Positions 57,731 to 64,000 of a stretch of 64,000 bases of DNA are shown here, piece after piece. How positions within the stretch are numbered: position 1 is the stretch's first letter; each line of letters opens with the position of its first letter. The translations under genes were made by a program, and so were the position numbers. Below the pieces are notes generated by a model. It ran no database searches. It was given only the letters and a program-made list of their open reading frames with translations, and was not told the DNA's origin. Source of the stretch: a virus; the IMG/VR virus record IMGVR_UViG_3300015263_001568, positions 1 through 64,000 of that record. One strand, 5' to 3'.

Positions 57731-57736
57731 GGCGCG

Positions 57737-58321
57737 ATGACACAAAACGTCAACAAGACCAACAGCTCAGAGGTTATGCATAACCTGCGCTTGGCCGGTA
57801 ACGATACTGAACGGGTATTGGCCAAAGCAGGCATACCGCGCCGATTCTGGCACTTGTCCATTTCGCAAATCAACTTCATCCCTACGCCATTTTACGGTGC
57901 TTCGCTGTCTACTATTGCACAACGGCACTGGGTGAACTACCTGGTAAAGTCCACGAAATGGAACCGCCATCGAGTGGTCGTCATTGGCTCATCGCCAACC
58001 GATGAAGGTGCAATAGCGCTTGCGTCGTACATTCTTGAGCGCGCGGCGCGCAGAAACTGCCCTGTGATGTTTGACGACGTGGCCCACAATGAGCGCACAT
58101 GGTACGACCCATACCCGTACTTCTTCGCGCTTCAGAACGTCACGAAGAACATCACAAGAGAGCGCAGCATTTTAGTTCGAGATGCGATGCGCAGGTTTTA
58201 CAGCGCCACGACGATCATTTGCGTGGCAGGAATCACCGATCCGTACAAGTTCGCCTGCAACCATCTAAATGTGTACCCAGATGCAGCGCTGCGCGTCATG
58301 GACATCGTGACCCCGCCATGA
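57737..58321 (+). CDS. Degenerate DnaC/IstB-like helicase loader
   Basis: AGIPRRFWHLSI N-motif; P-loop position reads VVVIGSSPTDEG with no GK[ST]; directly upstream of dnaB. Confidence 0.5.
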   Translation: MTQNVNKTNSSEVMHNLRLAGNDTERVLAKAGIPRRFWHLSISQINFIPTPFYGASLSTIAQRHWVNYLVKSTKWNRHRVVVIGSSPTDEGAIALASYILERAARRNCPVMFDDVAHNERTWYDPYPYFFALQNVTKNITRERSILVRDAMRRFYSATTIICVAGITDPYKFACNHLNVYPDAALRVMDIVTPP

Positions 58322-59688
58322 AGCAAAAAGCACCGCACATTGAAAACTCTGTACTTCTTGCGCTGCTGGAATCCAAAGACGTTGACGTAAGGGCGCTGAT
58401 TCTCAAGCAGCTAACCGTCGACGACTTTGGAACGGACTGGGGTCGAGAAGTCTTCGAGCGTATCCTACTTTTACGCAGTCTCAATAAGCCTATTGGAGGC
58501 GTGTTAGACGTTGCCGAAGACCCTGCTATTTCCGAAGAAGCCCGTACTTGGCTGCGCAGTACGCCAAAGAACCGGCGCGTGGCGCGCACTATCAGCTTAG
58601 ACAAAATAGAATACCGCGTTGAAGTGCTGCACCAGCACAGTAAAATACGCGTTCTGTCAAAAGGAGTGGACGACATCATCAAGGTCGCCGAAGGCAAGCA
58701 GCTGACGCCAGACATGGAACGATCCATTATCAAAAGTCTGGAAACCATGCACAACGCTATGCATCGTACCAGTGAGGCACAGCCCTTCTTGCACCTTGGT
58801 AAGCGGGCAAGCATACCGGAAGTAAAGTCGCTAACTGAGGAACTCCTAGACCCTGAACAGGTGCACTTTATTCCAACCGGATTTTCTGCTATCGACGAGC
58901 ACATGCATGGCTTTGAACCGGGAACGTTGGTCGTACTATCCGGTCCGCCAGCCGGTGGGAAAAGCCTGGTAGCCAATACAATGGCGATAAACCAGTACAA
59001 GATATCAAAGTGTGACGTGTGCGTCGTTTCGTTGGAAATGAACAAAAAACAGCAACTACGCCGCATGATCGCAAACTTGACGCAGTTCAACCACAACTTG
59101 GTACGAGACCCCTCCAAATTACGAGAAACACAAATAGCGCACATCAAGCAAGAGATGCGAAGATTCGTTCAGTGGGGTAAAAAACGCGACTGTGAATTCA
59201 CGATTCGCGATGTCGCTAACACGGACTATACTCCCACCAAGTTGGAAAATGAGCTGGCGCAGTTTCATTACGACGTCATTTACGTCGACTACATCACCCT
59301 ACTCAGCACCAAAGAGCACAAGACACTTTGGGAAATGCAGATGGAGTTCAGCCGGCAACTGCGTGTCATTGCGCAAAAACTCAACTGCGTAATGGTGGTG
59401 TTGACACAGCTGAGCGACGATGAGAAAGTCAAGTATGGAAGGGCTATCGAAGAAAACGCAGACTACTGGTTCTGGTGGAACTGGGATGCGCAGAGCCGGG
59501 AGTATGGTGAGACCGACATCCTGCTACAGAAAGCTCGGCATGCGGAAGGCTTCACAAAATTCCGGACCCATTTTAAGTTCGCCGAGATGCGCGTCACCGT
59601 GTATGGCAAGAACGAAGCCGGCTTCGTTCCCGACAATCTGAGAATGAAAAAGGGAATGGCCAGCGGACCAACCGCAGGAGGCTTCTAA
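58318..59688 (+). CDS. dnaB: Replicative DNA helicase
   Basis: IPTGF..ID, GPPAGGKS, SLEM, VDYI and LTQL motifs. Start set at ATG 58318. Confidence 0.92.
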   Translation: MKQKAPHIENSVLLALLESKDVDVRALILKQLTVDDFGTDWGREVFERILLLRSLNKPIGGVLDVAEDPAISEEARTWLRSTPKNRRVARTISLDKIEYRVEVLHQHSKIRVLSKGVDDIIKVAEGKQLTPDMERSIIKSLETMHNAMHRTSEAQPFLHLGKRASIPEVKSLTEELLDPEQVHFIPTGFSAIDEHMHGFEPGTLVVLSGPPAGGKSLVANTMAINQYKISKCDVCVVSLEMNKKQQLRRMIANLTQFNHNLVRDPSKLRETQIAHIKQEMRRFVQWGKKRDCEFTIRDVANTDYTPTKLENELAQFHYDVIYVDYITLLSTKEHKTLWEMQMEFSRQLRVIAQKLNCVMVVLTQLSDDEKVKYGRAIEENADYWFWWNWDAQSREYGETDILLQKARHAEGFTKFRTHFKFAEMRVTVYGKNEAGFVPDNLRMKKGMASGPTAGGF

Positions 59689-59696
59689 GCAGATGG

Positions 59697-59876
59697 CTAC
59701 GCCGCGCGAACGATACGCACGCGGTCCCGCTCGACGACAACGATGGACGTGTCGGCGATCCGAACGCCTAGCTGCTGCCAGACTTCGGGCGACCGCGGAG
59801 CACGACGGAGGCGCTCCAACTGCTCTGGACTTACCGAGAGGTACTTGCCAGAAGTATTTGAGCTGTAGTCTTCCAT
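59697..59876 (-). CDS. Possible 59-aa protein
   Basis: Not in the ORF track. MEDYSSNTSGKYLSVSPEQLERLRR...RVRIVRAA fills the gap and has protein-like composition. Confidence 0.45.
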   Translation of the reverse strand: MEDYSSNTSGKYLSVSPEQLERLRRAPRSPEVWQQLGVRIADTSIVVVERDRVRIVRAA

Positions 59877-59880
59877 ACAA

Positions 59881-59889
59881 TGCTAGAAT
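59881..59889 (+). promoter_or_regulatory. Extended -10 promoter candidate (TGcTAGAAT)
   Basis: Intergenic; identical to the motif at 39487. Confidence 0.45.
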
Positions 59890-59913
59890 GACACCGTAAT
59901 ACCAAATGTCAAG

Positions 59914-60753
59914 ATGAAAGCGCTATTCACCATACCACGTCGTCCGCGGGTGCTCTTGTTCGATTGGTCGAATGTCGTAGCCCGCGCGTACAGCATCGTC
60001 GATGGGAACGGTTTGCTCCTGCTGTGCAAGATGCTCCGCAGCTACCGCCGCAAGTTCCCGTACTGGCAATTTGCCTTCTTCCTTGAAGGCTCCGGTGTTG
60101 CGCAACGTCGCAAAATCTTTGCGAATTATAAGCAACAACGCGAAGGAGATGGGCCTACAAAAAGGCATCCCGAGTCGATCGACTTATTGGAATGTTTGAC
60201 CGGAACCGTGGTGCAAGCAGCCAAGGGAGAATCCGACGACGCCATCGCCAGCTACATTGCGCAGCACTGCCAAGACGCCGCAAAAGTCGTCATCGTGTCC
60301 GAAGACCGTGACCTCTGGCAGCTCATCAACCGCCAAGTTCATGTGCTCACTCGCAAGGGGGAGATCGCTCCCGAAGACTGCCAACAGTTGCTAGGTGTCC
60401 CGCCGGCCAATGTCCGAATGCTGAAGGCCCTTAGCGGAGACACCTCAGACAACATCCCAGGTGTGCCGCGCGCCAAGCGCAGTACCCTCCAACGTCTTGC
60501 CAAGCGCTGCGAGACCTTGAAGGAACTGGGTGCCCTCCTGGATGCAGATGAGCTACAAGCTAAGGAAGCAGCTAGAATCATTAGCTTTCGTAGCCAAATC
60601 ATTTGCAACTGGAAGGTCATCGGGCTACGGTCTGACTTGAAGCTGACCATCACAAAACACAAGGAGCCTGCGAGCGTCCTGGTCGACTACCTCGCATCCC
60701 AAGGCCACCGACTAGACCCACGAGACGCGAAGCTCATAGCCGAGGAGATGTAG
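59914..60753 (+). CDS. 5'-3' exonuclease / flap endonuclease (PolA N-domain, T4 RNase H-like)
   Basis: LLFD, YKQQR, ESDDAIAS, SEDRDLWQL and H3TH GDTSDNIPGV motifs. Confidence 0.92.
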   Translation: MKALFTIPRRPRVLLFDWSNVVARAYSIVDGNGLLLLCKMLRSYRRKFPYWQFAFFLEGSGVAQRRKIFANYKQQREGDGPTKRHPESIDLLECLTGTVVQAAKGESDDAIASYIAQHCQDAAKVVIVSEDRDLWQLINRQVHVLTRKGEIAPEDCQQLLGVPPANVRMLKALSGDTSDNIPGVPRAKRSTLQRLAKRCETLKELGALLDADELQAKEAARIISFRSQIICNWKVIGLRSDLKLTITKHKEPASVLVDYLASQGHRLDPRDAKLIAEEM

Positions 60754-61941
60754 ATGAAAGCCACAGTAGACACCAAAATCCTGCGGTCAGCGCTCAAGAG
60801 CATGACGGTGCTCCATGGATTCGGCAAGCAGAGCGCCGGAGAGGGCTCTCAGGGCTGCTTGTTGACTGTCACGGATAAGGACACCCTCGTCCTGGAAACG
60901 ACCAATGGCGGGGCTTACATCAAGCGAGTCATTCCTGCCCAGACCCTGCGTGCTGGCCAGGTGGCGGTCGACGGCGCCCAAATCCTAAAGCAGAATCTGT
61001 CGGGAACCGTCACTCTGGAAAGCTCGGGTAGCCAGCTCCGCTTGAGCTTCCGGCAGAGCGCCAAGGCCGAGATGGAGGTCGAAGCCTCCTTGGCCGAGAT
61101 GATCATCGACAGCCGGCCTCGCGGAAAGAAAAAGATGGCCGAGATGCCGTTTGCGCTATTCAAGGCCGCTGTGACCGCCGTCACCTACCCTTCCGTAATG
61201 AAGGAGCAAGAGCTGCACGTGCAAATCCGTCTGCGTCGAGGCAAACGCCGTAGTCGTCTCGAAGTGAGCGGCATCGACAATATCTCGTACGCTTTTTACC
61301 GGGCGATTGCCACCGACATTAAGGTCGAGTCCGACGACTTTCGGTTCATTCTTGGCTCCGACTTGCTCAAGAAGGCGCTCGCCGAAATCGATGCCGAAGG
61401 CGCGATGTTCATCGGTTTGGGGCGCGATGACACGGCAATTTTCATCGCCGAAAATTTTGAGCTGCACCATCCGAAGCTCGACGAAGACTGGATCGACATC
61501 GAGCATCTAATCGAAGGCGAACCGGATGGCTGGTTCGAGATCACGCACAAGCAGCTGCTGGGGGCTGTCGATACCGTGCGGCGCATTGACGCACCACCGG
61601 ATGCACCGTTGCGTCTTACCGTCGAGTATCTTCCCACCAACGGCGCAAAGTCGAAGAAAAAGAAGAAGGCCAATGAGGAGAAAAAGGTGCGCATCTCGAC
61701 GGCGTCAAATCGAGCACAGCTTCAGGAAGACCTCATTGTGCTGGACGCCGCGGTTCCAGAGGGTGACCTGTCCTATCAGACAAGCGAAACAACCTTGTCC
61801 AACTTTTTGAAGCTCCTCCCAAGCGAGCTTCCACTTAGGCTGGAGTCATGGGAAAAGCACTGCATCCGCGTAATGCCAAACGGAATGAAAAGCGGAACAA
61901 AGGTAGAGTACATGCTACCGATGTTCTCAGCCGAGGACTAG
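60754..61941 (+). CDS. dnaN: DNA polymerase III beta sliding clamp (divergent)
   Basis: MKATVD..LRSAL, GCLLTV..LVLETTN, three-domain repeat pattern, terminal YMLPM; 395 aa. Confidence 0.7.
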   Translation: MKATVDTKILRSALKSMTVLHGFGKQSAGEGSQGCLLTVTDKDTLVLETTNGGAYIKRVIPAQTLRAGQVAVDGAQILKQNLSGTVTLESSGSQLRLSFRQSAKAEMEVEASLAEMIIDSRPRGKKKMAEMPFALFKAAVTAVTYPSVMKEQELHVQIRLRRGKRRSRLEVSGIDNISYAFYRAIATDIKVESDDFRFILGSDLLKKALAEIDAEGAMFIGLGRDDTAIFIAENFELHHPKLDEDWIDIEHLIEGEPDGWFEITHKQLLGAVDTVRRIDAPPDAPLRLTVEYLPTNGAKSKKKKKANEEKKVRISTASNRAQLQEDLIVLDAAVPEGDLSYQTSETTLSNFLKLLPSELPLRLESWEKHCIRVMPNGMKSGTKVEYMLPMFSAED

Positions 61942-62420
61942 CAAACCTCGACAACATCTTGGGCTGCTGGGAGCAGTTCGATGAAGAGTTCTTCGTCGAA
62001 GTCGACCAAGCATTCGTGCTGCGCCTAAAATCGGTTCTGTACGGAGAAGAGGTCTACGTAAAGAATCTGGCACAACATGGAAATGTCCGACTGCTTGGCG
62101 TATTTGGCCGCCGGGTGCGGCGTGAGCGCATGCTTGGCTACATCGTCGAATTCGTGGGTTCGCCTATCATCCACGGCTATACATGGTTCCTCGCCCTCAG
62201 CTACACTGCGGCGACGGATGTACGGCGGAAGCCATTGCGCTACCTGTTCACCGACGAGAATATTCGGCTGGCGCGCGCTGGAATTGGCGTAGAGGAAGGT
62301 GGGATGCAGAAGTTTGACTATTGGGTTGGCTACCGCGATAAGGACCGGCAGCACGACGAAGAAGGCGCCGCTGGCTCGGTCGCCATCCACACCTCTGGTG
62401 GATGGAGAGCGGGGCTATGA
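61848..62420 (+). CDS. Hypothetical protein (start uncertain)
   Basis: Fills the gap between dnaN and uvrD. Confidence 0.5.
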   Translation: MGKALHPRNAKRNEKRNKGRVHATDVLSRGLANLDNILGCWEQFDEEFFVEVDQAFVLRLKSVLYGEEVYVKNLAQHGNVRLLGVFGRRVRRERMLGYIVEFVGSPIIHGYTWFLALSYTAATDVRRKPLRYLFTDENIRLARAGIGVEEGGMQKFDYWVGYRDKDRQHDEEGAAGSVAIHTSGGWRAGL

Positions 62421-62455
62421 GCGAGTCGAGCTGCCCACTGATGGAAACCTAAGAC

Positions 62456-64000
62456 ATGGCCATCAGCCTAAAAGGTATGACGCCGCAGCAAAAAGCCGCC
62501 GTTCGTCACCGCGAAGGGGCTGCCATCGTTATCGCCATTCCGGGAAGCGGTAAAACAAGAATAATTACACACCGGATCGCGGACCTCATCGATGATGGCG
62601 TGCGTCCGGGTGAAATCCTTGCCGTCACCTTTACCAACAAAGCCGCCGACGAGATGAAGACGCGTGTCCGTGGCATGATCGGGAAGGTAGCTAACTCGGT
62701 TTGGATATCCACCTTCCACAGCATGTGCGTGCGGATGCTGCGTGTAAACCCCGTTGAGTTCAACGTACCGAGGAAGTTCACTATCGCAGACAGCGACACG
62801 TCGGTACAAATAGCAGCACAAGCGATTGCGTACGTCACTGGTGAGACCATTGAAGAAGTAAAGCAAACGGACAGCGCGTCCATGATGGCAAAAGTCATCG
62901 AGGGCTTGAAACGTAATGCACGTCGTCCTGCCGATGTGCGGAAGACAAACAAAAAACTCTACAATGTGTACAAAAAGTACGAGGGGCTTCTGTACGACAA
63001 CCAGATGCTGGATTTCAGCGACTTGATACTGCGCGTCGTGCTTGGATTCCGCGAAAGACCTGACTTGAGAAAATCCTGGTCCGAACGCTTCGTTCACATG
63101 CTAGTGGATGAATATCAGGACACGAACGCCTCACAATACGAGCTGGTGAAACAGCTATCTTCCGTCCACGGTAATCCGTTCGTGGTGGGGGATGATGACC
63201 AGAGCATTTACGGTTTCCGAGACGCCGACATTCGGAATATCCGCCGGTTCGAGCGCGAGCTAAAAGCAAAGATTTACCTGTTGGATCGAAATTTCCGTTC
63301 GACAGGCAACATCACCGCGGTGGCCAATGCAGTAATTCAGCACAACGACCGGTTCATCGACAAGGTGATCACTCCGGTAAAGGATGCAGGACGGCCGGTG
63401 CGACTGATCCGGGCCCACGACGAAAATCATCAGGCTATGTTCATCGTGGACGAAATTTCCGCACTGGCCAAGCGCGACCCAAATGTCTACGGGAAAACAG
63501 CGGTACTGTACCGTACAAATGTGCAATCCAGACGTATTTCAGACAGGATGACCGGGCGTGGTATGCCACACCGTGTGCTTGGCGCGCTGACTTTTTACCA
63601 GCGTGCCATCGTCAAAGACGTGCTGGCATACTTATCCGTACTACACAATCCGCGAGACAACGTCTCCTTTACGCGTCTGTACAACAAACCCATACGAAAA
63701 ATCGGCAAAGTGGGCTTTGCTGAGTACACACAAGCAGTAGAAGCCTACAACGAAGACAACGGCAAAAAGCTGTCGCTGTACCAAGGTTTGGGTAAGCGCT
63801 GCTACAGCGAAACGGTTCGAGGCGCCGCTGCCGCTGGATTCCAGCAACTGCGCGCAGTATTTTCGCAGCTGCGCAAACTGCCTCATGACCATGTGTGCCT
63901 CTTGATAGATCACATCATCAAGCATACGCGAATTCGTGAAATCGCTGTAGAGGCAATGCAGAAGACAAAGTCCGACGCGCAGCAGCGGAAGTACATGGAC
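62456..64000 (+). CDS. uvrD: UvrD/PcrA SF1 helicase (3' truncated by the window end)
   Basis: Not in the ORF track because it has no stop. AIPGSGKT, TFTNKAA, STFHS, DEYQD, VGDDDQSIYGFR, NFRST and LYRTN motifs. Confidence 0.95.
   Translation, partial: MAISLKGMTPQQKAAVRHREGAAIVIAIPGSGKTRIITHRIADLIDDGVRPGEILAVTFTNKAADEMKTRVRGMIGKVANSVWISTFHSMCVRMLRVNPVEFNVPRKFTIADSDTSVQIAAQAIAYVTGETIEEVKQTDSASMMAKVIEGLKRNARRPADVRKTNKKLYNVYKKYEGLLYDNQMLDFSDLILRVVLGFRERPDLRKSWSERFVHMLVDEYQDTNASQYELVKQLSSVHGNPFVVGDDDQSIYGFRDADIRNIRRFERELKAKIYLLDRNFRSTGNITAVANAVIQHNDRFIDKVITPVKDAGRPVRLIRAHDENHQAMFIVDEISALAKRDPNVYGKTAVLYRTNVQSRRISDRMTGRGMPHRVLGALTFYQRAIVKDVLAYLSVLHNPRDNVSFTRLYNKPIRKIGKVGFAEYTQAVEAYNEDNGKKLSLYQGLGKRCYSETVRGAAAAGFQQLRAVFSQLRKLPHDHVCLLIDHIIKHTRIREIAVEAMQKTKSDAQQRKYMD

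Noticed and set aside
58099-58317. N-terminal extension of dnaB in the ORF track
   Set aside because: It overlaps the upstream gene; ATG 58318 gives standard ATGA coupling.
59693-59899. 68-aa Arg-rich plus-strand ORF
   Set aside because: Composition is typical of a shadow frame, and it overlaps a better minus-strand ORF and the promoter motif; not fully excluded.
1-64000. Eukaryotic or NCLDV origin suggested by the histone, HMGA-like and NLS-like peptides; alternative genetic code
   Set aside because: SD sequences, coupled genes, sigma-70, DnaX/DnaN, TerL/portal and the SLT lysin indicate a bacteriophage; long genes read intact in code 11 with all three stop codons used.

Overview
This 64 kb window is part of a large tailed-phage genome (Caudoviricetes, probably jumbo-size; roughly 55-57% GC by eye). 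No rRNA, tRNA or CRISPR array was recognised. Left part (1-19.2 kb, minus strand): packaging, virion and lysis genes, including portal, terminase large subunit, probable TerS, a signal-peptide SLT endolysin, a degenerate Pol-beta-like nucleotidyltransferase, a patatin phospholipase and tail-fibre/decoration proteins. Middle (19.2-37.6 kb, minus strand): a tightly coupled DNA-metabolism block with ATP-dependent ligase, SbcC, SbcD, DnaX, RecA, a gp32-like SSB and a sigma-70. Then come KhpA, a Cas4-like nuclease, primase, neck/baseplate genes and RuvC. Right part (plus strand): a class II ribonucleotide reductase with three LAGLIDADG inteins, SF2 helicase, a degenerate DnaC-like protein, DnaB, 5'-3' exonuclease, beta clamp and a truncated UvrD/PcrA. 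The most notable signal is an apparent phage 'chromatin toolkit' inside the recombination block. It comprises (i) a bacterial-type histone fold with a lysine-rich N-terminal tail, fused in frame behind an HNH nuclease but with its own RBS/ATG, (ii) an HMGA-like protein with 7 AT-hook cores, an acidic tail and an Sm-like N-domain, and (iii) two proteins with very long D/E tracts that could act as histone chaperones. All product calls come from motif recognition by eye; no database search was run.
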